Shown here: one piece after another, positions 8,486 through 18,107 of the stretch | Position numbering within the stretch: position 1 is the stretch's first letter | Layout: each line of letters starts with the position of its first letter | From: Myxococcota bacterium | Lineage (GTDB): Bacteria > Myxococcota_A > SURF-8 > G963663525 | NCBI GenBank assembly: GCA_963676915.2 | Contig: CAXXVK010000017.1 | Location: 1-50,179 of the forward strand | Direction of reading: 5' to 3' | DNA length: 50,179 nucleotides | Notes under the pieces: generated by a model | Told to the model about the DNA's origin: nothing | Database searches by the model: none | What the model saw: the letters and a program-made list of their open reading frames with translations, nothing else | Made by a program: the position numbers and the translations under genes

Positions 8486-11400
8486 GTGAGTAAATCAAGC
8501 CCCCAATGGAATCTGAAGTCACTGGCCGAAAGCTATGCCGACCTGCTGGTAAAGCGTAAAGTGGCGTTGGAAGGGCTTGAAGGTCCGTCACTTGCCGCCT
8601 GTGCTATGGATTTTGCCGAAACCAGCGGTAAACCCGTGGTGCTGGTCTGTCCCAATGAACTCGATGCATTGAAAATCGTTCAGGATTTGCGGTTTTTCGC
8701 GGGCGATCCCACCGAAGAGCCGGATTTTATGGGCGAGTATCGGGTGTTGTTCCTCCCTGTGGACGAAACCACTCCTTACGAGGGTCGTAAACGTCTGGCC
8801 GACAGAGTGCGCCGACGGGAAATGTTGAGCGCCCTGTACCTGATGACACAACCGTTTCGTCCCAAAGTGCTTGTTACGACCTCCCATGCTTTGTCGCGGT
8901 TGACGATTCCAAGAAAAGAGTTCGAAGCCGGATGCGAATTCCTGCTTGCCGGGGCTGAAACTCCTCGGGACGAATTCGTTCGAAAACTGACGGAAAGCGG
9001 GTATGTCGGGGCACCGCTTGTGGAAGATCCCGGTTCGTTTGCCGTGAGAGGAGGAATCGTCGATGTCTTCTCTCCGTTGTATCGTCTGCCTTTGCGACTC
9101 GAATACTGGGGTGACACGGTAGAGTCCATTCGTTTGTTCGATCCCCGAACCCAGAAATCACGCAAACACCTGGAAGAAGCTCACATCGTTCCGGTACGCG
9201 AAATCGTGCTGAGCGACGATTGCGCACTTACGGGCCGTATTCGCATCGAGGAGATAGCCCACGCACAGAAAATGCTCGATCGCGCTCTGTTGACTCGTCT
9301 GGAAGAACTGGAAGAGGGGATTTGTGCTCCTGAAATGGAAGTTTATCTTCCGTTATTTTACAGGGAGCTTAGTTCTGTGTTTGATTATTTTCCACCTGGA
9401 CCGGTGATGATGCTGCCTCAGCCGAGGCAACTGGATCACCTGTTGGAGATGGAAAACGAAAGGTTGCAAGAACAATACGAGAACGACGTAGAGCAAGCCA
9501 GCGATCTCGTATTGGAGCCGGAACGATATTATTTTCGTCCTCTGGATGTTTGGACAAAAATCGGCAGACGTCCCCATGTGCTTGTAAATTCAGAGGATTT
9601 CAAAGATTCCGCCGGAGCATTGGATAGGGATGAAGCTCCCCCTCAGAGGTTTTCCAGCGAGGATCATACGAAGTTGAAGGCGGAAATCGCGGCTCGCAGA
9701 GGTCACGAAGGGGTTATGGCGCCCCTGCTTTCCAGGTTGGAGTTCTGGGGGGAGCGCAACTATCACGTATTTCTCGTATCGCGGACAGAGCGTCGTTTGC
9801 AACGTCTGGCCGATATGCTCGAAACCCGTGGTGTGCGAACCTCTTCCTGGGACGCCACCTTGCCGGAAGTCCGTAAAAAGCTCGGGGAAACCGGTTTCGA
9901 AACCTTGCACGGACTGGTCGGAGAGCTATCCGCCGGTCAGGTCTGGCCTTTGGAACGTCTCGTGATGATTTCCGAAGAAGAGGTTTTCGGAGAAACGAGG
10001 CAGAAAAGACGAAGGCCGTCTTCGGAACTTTCACCGGATGCTCTGATTGAATCGTTCGAGGAATTGTCCATCGGCGATTACGTGGTGCATGTCGAATATG
10101 GCGTGGGAATCTACCGGGGCTTGATGCAGCTCGAAGCCGGAGGAAGTGCCACCGACTGCTTGGAAATCGAGTATTTAGGCAAGGATCGCCTCTACCTGCC
10201 GGTGCACCGTCTGGATAAAGTGCAGAAATACTCCGGTGGTGAAAACGCCATTCCGACTCTGGATCGGATGGGCGGCAGTCGTTGGGGTAAGCTGAAGTCG
10301 AAAGTCAAAGGCGAAATCCTCAAACTGGCGACGGAATTGCTGGAATTGTACGCCAAACGACAAGCGTTCGAGGGACACGCTTTTTCTCCGCCGGACGAAA
10401 TTTTCGATCGATTCGAGGCCACGTTCCCTTACGACGAAACCCACGATCAGGAACGGACCATTCGTGAAGTGATCGAAGATATGTGCAAGCCGCGTCCCAT
10501 GGATCGTCTTGTGTGCGGGGATGTGGGATTCGGTAAAACCGAAGTCGCCATGCGTGCGGCGCTCAAAGCGGTGCTCGATGGCAAGCAGGTGGCTGTTCTG
10601 GTGCCAACGACTGTGCTGGCTTTGCAGCATTTTCAATCGTTTATCGACCGATTCAAGAATTTCCCGGTGACGGTAAATATGGTCTCGCGGATGCGATCCA
10701 GCGCCGAGACTCGTAACATCCTGGATCGACTGAGAAGAGGGCAGATCGACATCCTGATCGGAACGCACCGGCTGTTGTCGAAAGACATTCAGTTCCACGA
10801 TCTCGGGTTGTTGATTGTAGACGAAGAACAGCGTTTCGGGGTTCAGCAAAAGGAAAAAATCAAGCAATGGCGGAGCAACGTGGACGTTCTTGCGATGAGC
10901 GCCACGCCGATACCTCGCACGCTGAATATGTCGATTTCAGGGGTGAGGGATCTATCCGTGATTCAGACGCCGCCCGCCGACCGACTGGCGATTCGGACCT
11001 TCGTTCACAAGTTCGACGAGGAAACGATCCGAGAAGCCGTTCGCCAGGAGTTGGCGAGGGGAGGGCAGGTGTATTTCCTGCACAACCGGGTGCAATCTAT
11101 TGACAACATGGTGCGGCTGGTACGTCGGCTGGTTCCCGAAGCGAAAGTTGCCATGGGGCACGGTCAGATGAAAGAAGGCGAGCTGGAAAAAATCATGCTC
11201 GATTTCGTCGCCCACAAGACCAATGTGCTGGTTGCCACGACGATCATTGAATCGGGTATCGATATCCCCAGCGTGAACACCATTATCATCAATCGTGCCG
11301 ATCACTTCGGACTTTCTCAGCTTTACCAGCTTCGTGGACGGGTCGGACGGTCGCAGAACCGCGCTTATGCCTATCTGCTTGTTCCTTCGGTGACGGCATT

Positions 11401-12067
11401 GACGCCCGATGCCCGTAAACGTCTGGCGGTGTTGATGCGCTTTACCGAGCTTGGATCGGGATTCCGTATTGCTGCACACGACATGGAAATCCGTGGTGCG
11501 GGATCTCTTTTGGGGAAGGATCAATCCGGCCATATCGGAGCGGTGGGGTTGTCGCTGTACATGGAAATGCTCAAGGAAGCGGTCGCCGAACTCAAAGGAG
11601 AGCCGTCCGCCAACGTGGTGGAGCCGGAAATCAACGTGGATATCCCTGCGAACCTGCCGCAAGAGTACGTCAACGATGCTGCCGAGCGATTCAGATTATA
11701 CAAACGGTTGTCGAGGGCCGATTCGGACGATGCTATTGATATCTTGTTCGACGAACTCAAGGATCGCTTCGGGCGTCCACCTGCCGAGGCGGAAAACCTG
11801 GGGCGTATCGTACGGTTGAAAGCGCGTCTTCGTGGAATCAACGCGAAAGGAATGGATGTCGGCACGGGAGGCTTGGTGCTGAATATGGGAGAATATTGCA
11901 GCTTGGACCCGACGGCCTTGGTTCAGTTCGTGGCGAAACATCCCACCTATACGTTGACCCCGGATATGCGTCTGAAAATGCTGTTTCCCCGACGGGAGCA
12001 ATCTCGTCGCCCGCTCGATATCGCACGGATTTTACTGGACGAACTGCTGGAGCAGATGGTTCCGTAA
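8486..12067 (+). CDS. mfd: Transcription-repair coupling factor
   Basis: CarD-like RID (GDYVVHVEYGVG), CGDVGFGKTE, DEEQRFG, SATPIPRT, QLRGRVGR and a C-terminal TRCF domain. Exact start uncertain (GTG 8486 assumed). Confidence 0.97.
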   Translation: MSKSSPQWNLKSLAESYADLLVKRKVALEGLEGPSLAACAMDFAETSGKPVVLVCPNELDALKIVQDLRFFAGDPTEEPDFMGEYRVLFLPVDETTPYEGRKRLADRVRRREMLSALYLMTQPFRPKVLVTTSHALSRLTIPRKEFEAGCEFLLAGAETPRDEFVRKLTESGYVGAPLVEDPGSFAVRGGIVDVFSPLYRLPLRLEYWGDTVESIRLFDPRTQKSRKHLEEAHIVPVREIVLSDDCALTGRIRIEEIAHAQKMLDRALLTRLEELEEGICAPEMEVYLPLFYRELSSVFDYFPPGPVMMLPQPRQLDHLLEMENERLQEQYENDVEQASDLVLEPERYYFRPLDVWTKIGRRPHVLVNSEDFKDSAGALDRDEAPPQRFSSEDHTKLKAEIAARRGHEGVMAPLLSRLEFWGERNYHVFLVSRTERRLQRLADMLETRGVRTSSWDATLPEVRKKLGETGFETLHGLVGELSAGQVWPLERLVMISEEEVFGETRQKRRRPSSELSPDALIESFEELSIGDYVVHVEYGVGIYRGLMQLEAGGSATDCLEIEYLGKDRLYLPVHRLDKVQKYSGGENAIPTLDRMGGSRWGKLKSKVKGEILKLATELLELYAKRQAFEGHAFSPPDEIFDRFEATFPYDETHDQERTIREVIEDMCKPRPMDRLVCGDVGFGKTEVAMRAALKAVLDGKQVAVLVPTTVLALQHFQSFIDRFKNFPVTVNMVSRMRSSAETRNILDRLRRGQIDILIGTHRLLSKDIQFHDLGLLIVDEEQRFGVQQKEKIKQWRSNVDVLAMSATPIPRTLNMSISGVRDLSVIQTPPADRLAIRTFVHKFDEETIREAVRQELARGGQVYFLHNRVQSIDNMVRLVRRLVPEAKVAMGHGQMKEGELEKIMLDFVAHKTNVLVATTIIESGIDIPSVNTIIINRADHFGLSQLYQLRGRVGRSQNRAYAYLLVPSVTALTPDARKRLAVLMRFTELGSGFRIAAHDMEIRGAGSLLGKDQSGHIGAVGLSLYMEMLKEAVAELKGEPSANVVEPEINVDIPANLPQEYVNDAAERFRLYKRLSRADSDDAIDILFDELKDRFGRPPAEAENLGRIVRLKARLRGINAKGMDVGTGGLVLNMGEYCSLDPTALVQFVAKHPTYTLTPDMRLKMLFPRREQSRRPLDIARILLDELLEQMVP

Positions 12068-12078
12068 GGGTATGAAAC

Positions 12079-12244
12079 TAGAAGTCATCCTAAAAATACA
12101 CTCCTGTCGCCTTTCGGACGCTTTCGATCGAATTCGCCGCCGATCTCGACTTGAAAGACTCCCGGTATTCCGCGTCTCGCCAACGACGAATTCGTCTCGA
12201 AATCACCTCGAAATCCTCGGTCGGTATTTTTAGGATGACTTCTA
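12079..12244. mobile_element. MITE (miniature inverted-repeat transposable element)
   Basis: Perfect 21-bp inverted repeats TAGAAGTCATCCTAAAAATAC (12079-12099) and GTATTTTTAGGATGACTTCTA (12224-12244). The terminal TA may be a target duplication. No transposase; sits between convergent genes. Confidence 0.8.
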
Positions 12245-12245
12245 C

Positions 12246-12791
12246 TCAGACTCCTTGCAGTTCCGGGGCATGCTCGCACTCTTCGGGCAATAGCGAGTAC
12301 ATCACGAAATCCCGGTATTCACCTCTCGTGAATGCAAAATTCCGCATCGTGCCTTCGAGCTTGTATCCGCATTTTTCCGCAACTTTTCGGCAGGCGATGT
12401 TGTCCACGTCCGTGACGACTTGCAGGCGCGGAATGTCTTTACTGAGAAACATGTAGGAGGACAACAGCCGCAAGGCTTCCGTCATGATGCCCTTTCCTCG
12501 GTTGGCCGCCTTCGCAATTTGAAAGCCGATCTCATGACCTGCAACGTATTCGGCTTGGGTGAAATAGCCGATACTTCCCAGGATGTTGCCTTCGAGGTCG
12601 CAGATGAGCAGCCAGCCGTTTTTCTCTTCCCAGAAGCCGTTTTTTTCAAAACGTTTTTCCATCTCCGGCAGGCTTGGCAGATTGACTGGCCAATACAGAC
12701 CTTTTTCTTCAACGTGACTGACCAACTCAAAGAACGGCTTGATGTCTTCTTTGGTCCACGTTCGCAAAATGATGTTTTTTCCACGTATCAC
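12246..12791 (-). CDS. GNAT N-acetyltransferase, RimJ/RimL family
   Basis: EIGFQI...RGKGIMTEAL, NIACRKVAEKCGYKLEG. Confidence 0.88.
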   Translation of the reverse strand: MIRGKNIILRTWTKEDIKPFFELVSHVEEKGLYWPVNLPSLPEMEKRFEKNGFWEEKNGWLLICDLEGNILGSIGYFTQAEYVAGHEIGFQIAKAANRGKGIMTEALRLLSSYMFLSKDIPRLQVVTDVDNIACRKVAEKCGYKLEGTMRNFAFTRGEYRDFVMYSLLPEECEHAPELQGV

Positions 12792-13119
12792 GATGAATAC
12801 CTTTCACTTTTCGTCGGTTGTCTAGCAGCAGAATGAAAAATGGATGGTGGTAACGCTTTTTTCGAAAACGTCGCATCAGCGTACCATTTTCATCGATTTC
12901 ATGCAAAAAAGCGTAGAAAGTTTCACATGTATCCTTTGGTTGCCGTGGTTGTTAAACAAAACTTTCGAGGAAATTCCATCTTTTTGAAAACAAAGGAAGA
13001 ATTATCGCTCTTGTTACAATTGATATCGGGAGAAACCTTGCCTTACATGTGATTCTGCGGTACGAAATTCCACTGCTTCGTTAACAATAGGACTCGTATA
13101 CTCGAAAAGAGATGGCATC

Positions 13120-14604
13120 ATGGAAGAACCGAAAAGCGAACTTCTGAAACTTCGAAGAAAAAAACTCGATGATCTGCGCGAGCAGGGAATCAATCCTTTC
13201 CCCAATGATTTCAAACCGGAACACACGACAGCCGACGTAAAAGCCGACTGGGGAGACAAGGACGGTGAAGAAATCAAGGAAAAAGGCGGACTTTATCGGC
13301 TTGCAGGTCGAATTGTCGCAACGAGATTTTTCGGCAAAGCGGCGTTTATCGTGATCAAGGACCGCAAAGGCAAGTTGCAGCTTTTCGTACAGAAAAACAA
13401 AATCGGTGACGAAGCGTTCAAGCTGTTCAAAACCTACGACATCGGGGATATCGTCGGCGTGGAAGGTCGTCCGTTCCGTACGAAAACCGAAGAACTGACG
13501 ATTCAATGCGACTCGATTCAGCTTGTCACGAAAAGCCTTCATCCCCTCCCGGAAAAATTCCACGGGCTTACCGATACCGAAACCCGCTTTCGGCAACGTT
13601 ATCTCGACCTGATCGTCAACCCGGAAGTGGCCGAAATCTTTCACAAACGCAACAAGACCGTCCGGTTGATTCGCCAGTTTCTCGACGACGCGGACTTCAT
13701 GGAAGTCGAAACGCCGATGATGCACCCCATCGCCGGCGGTGCGGCGGCACGACCTTTCGTGACGCATCACAACGCGCTGGATATGGATCTTTATCTGCGC
13801 ATCGCCCCGGAATTATACTTAAAACGACTGCTTGTGGGAGATTTGGAGCGCGTATACGAAATCAACCGCAATTTCCGTAACGAGGGCATTAGTCTGCGCC
13901 ACAATCCCGAGTTCACGATGCTCGAATACTACTGGGCATACGCCACATACGAAGACCAGATGGCGTTTCTGGAAAACATGCTGGCATTTGTGGCCGAAGG
14001 TGTGACCGGTTCGAAGAAAGTCGCCTACCAGGGGCAGGAAATCGATTTCACCCCCCCGTTCAAACGAGTACGTGTGCATGAAGGCGTCGCCAAGGCTTGC
14101 GGTGTCCCCGAAGAGTCTCTTTGGGAGCGTGCCACTCTCGAACGCCTTGCCCGCGAATTCAAGATTGCCGACATCGAAAAATATTCCGATGGCAAACTGC
14201 TGTGCGAAATCTTCGATGAGACGGTGGAATCCACGTTGATCGATCCGACGTATGTAACCGATTATCCGTTGGATGTTTCTCCTCTTGCCCGTAAAAAAGA
14301 AGCCGATCCTCGTTTGGTGGATCGTTTCGAATTGGTGGTGTCGGGACGTGAGTTGTCCAATGCTTTCAGCGAGTTGAACGATCCAGACGACCAGCGCGAA
14401 CGGTTCGAGGCTCAAATCGGTCAACGAGAAGCAGGAGACGACGAAGCCCACGAAATGGACGCCGATTACGTGCACGCTCTGGAGTACGGTATGCCTCCCG
14501 CAGCGGGTTGCGGTGTCGGCATCGACCGGCTGGTCATGCTGCTGACCGACTCGCCCTCCATTCGCGACGTCATTCTTTTCCCGCAATTGAGAAAGCAGTC
14601 CTGA
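13120..14604 (+). CDS. lysS: Lysine--tRNA ligase (class II)
   Basis: RFRQRYLDL, GGAAARPF, LRIAPELYLKRL, FRNEG, GMPPAAGCGVGIDRL. Confidence 0.98.
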   Translation: MEEPKSELLKLRRKKLDDLREQGINPFPNDFKPEHTTADVKADWGDKDGEEIKEKGGLYRLAGRIVATRFFGKAAFIVIKDRKGKLQLFVQKNKIGDEAFKLFKTYDIGDIVGVEGRPFRTKTEELTIQCDSIQLVTKSLHPLPEKFHGLTDTETRFRQRYLDLIVNPEVAEIFHKRNKTVRLIRQFLDDADFMEVETPMMHPIAGGAAARPFVTHHNALDMDLYLRIAPELYLKRLLVGDLERVYEINRNFRNEGISLRHNPEFTMLEYYWAYATYEDQMAFLENMLAFVAEGVTGSKKVAYQGQEIDFTPPFKRVRVHEGVAKACGVPEESLWERATLERLAREFKIADIEKYSDGKLLCEIFDETVESTLIDPTYVTDYPLDVSPLARKKEADPRLVDRFELVVSGRELSNAFSELNDPDDQRERFEAQIGQREAGDDEAHEMDADYVHALEYGMPPAAGCGVGIDRLVMLLTDSPSIRDVILFPQLRKQS

Positions 14605-14609
14605 GGCGG

Positions 14610-16010
14610 ATGTCCTTTGAATTCCACATCGCGGGTCGTTACCTTCGCGCCAAAAGGCAGAGCCGGTTCGTTTCCGCCCTGACGTTTATCTCCGTGGCCG
14701 GAGTGGCCGTGGGGGTGATGGCGTTGATCGTCGTGCTGTCCGTGATGACAGGATTCGAGGAAGAAGTCCGAGATAAAATCATCGGCTTGAACGCTCATGG
14801 GAAAATTCATAGGGAAATCGGGCAGTTTCCGGCAGATTCCAAACTGCTTGATCTCGTCTCCGACGTAAAGGACGTACGCCTCGTCGCCCCGTATTTGTCA
14901 CGGGAAGTGATGATTTCCTCCCGTTCGCGAGTCAGTGGCGTGATTCTTAAAGGAATCGATGCCACTTTGGAACGGCAAGTTATCGACATCGAAAGCATGT
15001 TGATCAAGGATTCGGATTCCGATTGGTCCTACATGCGAAAACCCGAAGCCTTGCTTGAGTTTCGAAAGAAAGAGCGGGAAAAAGAATGGACCTCCCTGGG
15101 ACTCGATCCAAGAGCCGATGTTTACGAGAAACATCCCGAAGACGTGTTACCCGCGCTGATGATCGGTCAGGAAATGGCGCATTTCCTTCACGTCTGGGTT
15201 GGAGATGAAGTGACGATTATCAACCCATTCGGCGGTGGACTGGGACCGAACGGACCGATACCTTCCAGCCGGGCTTTTCGGATCGGTGGCGTGTTTTATT
15301 CGGGGATGTTCGAATACGACATGCAGATGGGTTTCGTATCTCTGGCGGAATTGCAAGATTTTTCGGAAGCCGAAGGGTCATGGACCGGTCTGGAATTTCT
15401 GGTGGAACCGGACAAAGTCTTTGACGCCGACGAAGTGGCAGCCCGAGTGCAAAAAGCTATCGCCACGCAATACGAACTTCCCGAAGCATTTCGAAATACC
15501 GGTTGCGAAGGTCGCAACTGTCTGAATTTCCAGGTGAAAGACTGGATGGAGCTCAATGCATCGCTGTTCGCGGCGTTGAAGGTCGAGCAGTTGGCGATGT
15601 TTATCATTTTGACGTTCATCACCATCGTGGCCGCGTTCAACATTGCGTCGAAACTGATTATGATGGTGATCGAAAAGCATCGGGAAATCGCCATTTTAAA
15701 ATCCATGGGTGCCTCGAATACTGCTATTCGCTGGATTTTTCAGATCGAAGGTCTGGTGATCGGTGGGTTGGGAACGTTTTTGGGGATCGGATTGGGATTG
15801 GCGTTTTGTGCTTTGATTCCCGTGGTCAACGAACACTATGATTTGCTCGATCCGAGCGTCTACTACATGACCAAATTGCCGGTGAAGACCGATCCTCTCC
15901 ATCTGGCGCTGATTATCGTTTCTGCATTGGTTATCAGTTGGGTTGCAACATTACTGCCGAGTATCAAGGCGTCTAGAATGAATCCGATCGACGGGATTCG
16001 AGACGAATAG
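14610..16010 (+). CDS. Lipoprotein-releasing ABC transporter permease (LolC/E family)
   Basis: IAGRYLRAKR..., SVMTGFEEE, AAFNI..., EIAILKSMGA. Start moved to ATG 14610. Confidence 0.92.
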   Translation: MSFEFHIAGRYLRAKRQSRFVSALTFISVAGVAVGVMALIVVLSVMTGFEEEVRDKIIGLNAHGKIHREIGQFPADSKLLDLVSDVKDVRLVAPYLSREVMISSRSRVSGVILKGIDATLERQVIDIESMLIKDSDSDWSYMRKPEALLEFRKKEREKEWTSLGLDPRADVYEKHPEDVLPALMIGQEMAHFLHVWVGDEVTIINPFGGGLGPNGPIPSSRAFRIGGVFYSGMFEYDMQMGFVSLAELQDFSEAEGSWTGLEFLVEPDKVFDADEVAARVQKAIATQYELPEAFRNTGCEGRNCLNFQVKDWMELNASLFAALKVEQLAMFIILTFITIVAAFNIASKLIMMVIEKHREIAILKSMGASNTAIRWIFQIEGLVIGGLGTFLGIGLGLAFCALIPVVNEHYDLLDPSVYYMTKLPVKTDPLHLALIIVSALVISWVATLLPSIKASRMNPIDGIRDE

Positions 16011-16030
16011 AGAAAGGATTACAATACTTT

Positions 16031-17404
16031 ATGGGTTCGTCTTTTTCCAGGTTCGTCGCGATGCGCTACATTCGCAAACGCGACCGCAATTCGCTCGTTT
16101 CCACGACGGGATGGATTGCAGTGGCCGGTGTTGCCGTCGGTGTAGCAGCGCTTGTCGTCGTAACGGCGGTGATGTCCGGTTATGCGGTGCGCCTGGGAGA
16201 AATGATCGTGGGACTCAACGCTCACGGAAATGTCATTCGCCTGACCGGAAGTATCGAGAAATACGAAGACAAACTGCTGAAAGTCGCCGAAACGCCGGGT
16301 GTCGCGGCAGTGGCTCCTTTCGTTCTTCGGGAAGTGATGATCACCTCCACGGGAGGAACCAACGGTGTGTTGCTGAAGGGTATCGATCCCAAACGCTCGA
16401 ACGATGTCAGCGACTTATCGAAACTGATTCGCCCAACCAAAGATCAGGAATCCGAATTCCCTGGTCGTTTCGAGTGGTTATCCGACCCGGAAGGATTGTA
16501 CGACTGGACGAAAAGCAACAAGAAAATCGAGAAACCACTGGAAGATTCCGACAATTACGACCCCCAGAAAAACCGTCTTCATGATCGTGTGCTGGAATCG
16601 GTGATTCTTGGAAGCGAATTGGCCAAGGAACTCAGAGTTGGAGTCGGCGACGTCGTCAGCGTGGTCAATCCACTCGGAGGCGGAATGGGCCCGACCGGAC
16701 CTGTACCCACCAGCCGTTTTTTCCGCGTTGCGGCGGTATTTCATTCGGGAATGTACGAATACGACCTGAAATTTGCGTTCACAACCCTCGAATCGCTGCA
16801 AACATTTTCGAAAATGGAAGCGGATACCGTAACCGCCATCGAATTCCGAGTGGATCACGATCTTGTAATGGAAACCGAAAAGGTGGCCGACGCCATCGAG
16901 GAAAAACTCGGTTCCTTTCCCTATAAAGTACGAGATTGGCGTGAAATGAACCGCAATCTATTCGCCGCTTTGAAACTGGAACGAATCGTCATGTTCATCA
17001 TTCTTACGTTCATCACGCTGGTGGCGGCGTTCAACATCGCTTCGACCCTGATTATGCTGGTGCTCGAAAAAATCAAGGAAATCGCTATTTTTAAAAGTAT
17101 GGGTGCCAAACGGTCGTCGATTATGGGAATATTCATGATCGACGGATTGTTGATTGGGTCGGCGGGAACCATTGCAGGACTGCTTTTAGGGCTGTTTTTG
17201 TGCGCTTTGATTCCTTTTTTGAATCAATATCTTGATTTACTCGACCCAAAAGTTTACTTCATGGCCAAGCTTCCCGTTCGGGTGGAAATGGCCAACCTTG
17301 CCGTAATCGGCTTGGTTGCTATAACGATTTCCTGGCTGGCAACGCTTTTTCCGGCTCTGGGCGCGGCCCGTCTGCACCCGGTGAAAGGTTTGAGGAACGA
17401 CTGA
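16031..17404 (+). CDS. Lipoprotein-releasing ABC transporter permease (LolC/E family), second paralog
   Basis: Same architecture; DWREMNRNLFAALKLE, EIAIFKSMGA. Confidence 0.92.
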   Translation: MGSSFSRFVAMRYIRKRDRNSLVSTTGWIAVAGVAVGVAALVVVTAVMSGYAVRLGEMIVGLNAHGNVIRLTGSIEKYEDKLLKVAETPGVAAVAPFVLREVMITSTGGTNGVLLKGIDPKRSNDVSDLSKLIRPTKDQESEFPGRFEWLSDPEGLYDWTKSNKKIEKPLEDSDNYDPQKNRLHDRVLESVILGSELAKELRVGVGDVVSVVNPLGGGMGPTGPVPTSRFFRVAAVFHSGMYEYDLKFAFTTLESLQTFSKMEADTVTAIEFRVDHDLVMETEKVADAIEEKLGSFPYKVRDWREMNRNLFAALKLERIVMFIILTFITLVAAFNIASTLIMLVLEKIKEIAIFKSMGAKRSSIMGIFMIDGLLIGSAGTIAGLLLGLFLCALIPFLNQYLDLLDPKVYFMAKLPVRVEMANLAVIGLVAITISWLATLFPALGAARLHPVKGLRND

Positions 17405-17405
17405 C

Positions 17406-18107
17406 GTGACGGTGCTGATCGACATTCAGGGATTGAAAAAAGACTATCGTCTCGGTACGCGAACGATCCACGTGCTGGAACATGTGGATTTGCAGATTGC
17501 TCGTGGCGAAAAAGTGTCGATCATGGGACCGTCCGGTGCAGGAAAAAGTACGTTTCTGCACGTTGCCGGAACGCTCGATATGCCCACTGGCGGAAGCGTT
17601 CACTACGAAGGAATGGATGTTTTCAAGTTCCCTGACCGAAAACTTGCAGCATTTCGTAATCGCACTATAGGTTTCGTCTTTCAATTTCACTATTTGTTGC
17701 CCGATTTCAGTGCGTTGGAAAACGTGATGATGCCCGGTCGCATTGCCGGAGATTCTTTGCCCGAAATACGTAAACAGGCACAGCGTCTGTTGGAGGAAGT
17801 CGGGTTGGAAGAGCGTTTCGACCACCGCCCCGGCGAACTTTCGGGTGGTGAGCAACAGCGAGTCGCGATTGCACGAGCACTGGTCATGGAGCCGAAAATT
17901 CTGCTGGCCGACGAACTGACGGGGAACCTCGACGCTTCGACATCCAAGGGAATTCACGATTTGTTACATGAAATCAATACATTGCACGATACAACGCTTG
18001 TTGTCGTGACGCACAACACCGGGTTGGCCGATTCGATGGACCGTCGCTTGATCCTCCAGGACGGTAGCATCGAGAACCGCGATCGGTTGCAGGAGGACAG
18101 TGAATGA
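17406..18107 (+). CDS. lolD: Lipoprotein-releasing ABC transporter ATPase
   Basis: Walker A GPSGAGKST, GFVFQFHYLL, LSGGEQQRVAIARAL; lies between lolC/E and bamA. Confidence 0.92.
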   Translation: MTVLIDIQGLKKDYRLGTRTIHVLEHVDLQIARGEKVSIMGPSGAGKSTFLHVAGTLDMPTGGSVHYEGMDVFKFPDRKLAAFRNRTIGFVFQFHYLLPDFSALENVMMPGRIAGDSLPEIRKQAQRLLEEVGLEERFDHRPGELSGGEQQRVAIARALVMEPKILLADELTGNLDASTSKGIHDLLHEINTLHDTTLVVVTHNTGLADSMDRRLILQDGSIENRDRLQEDSE

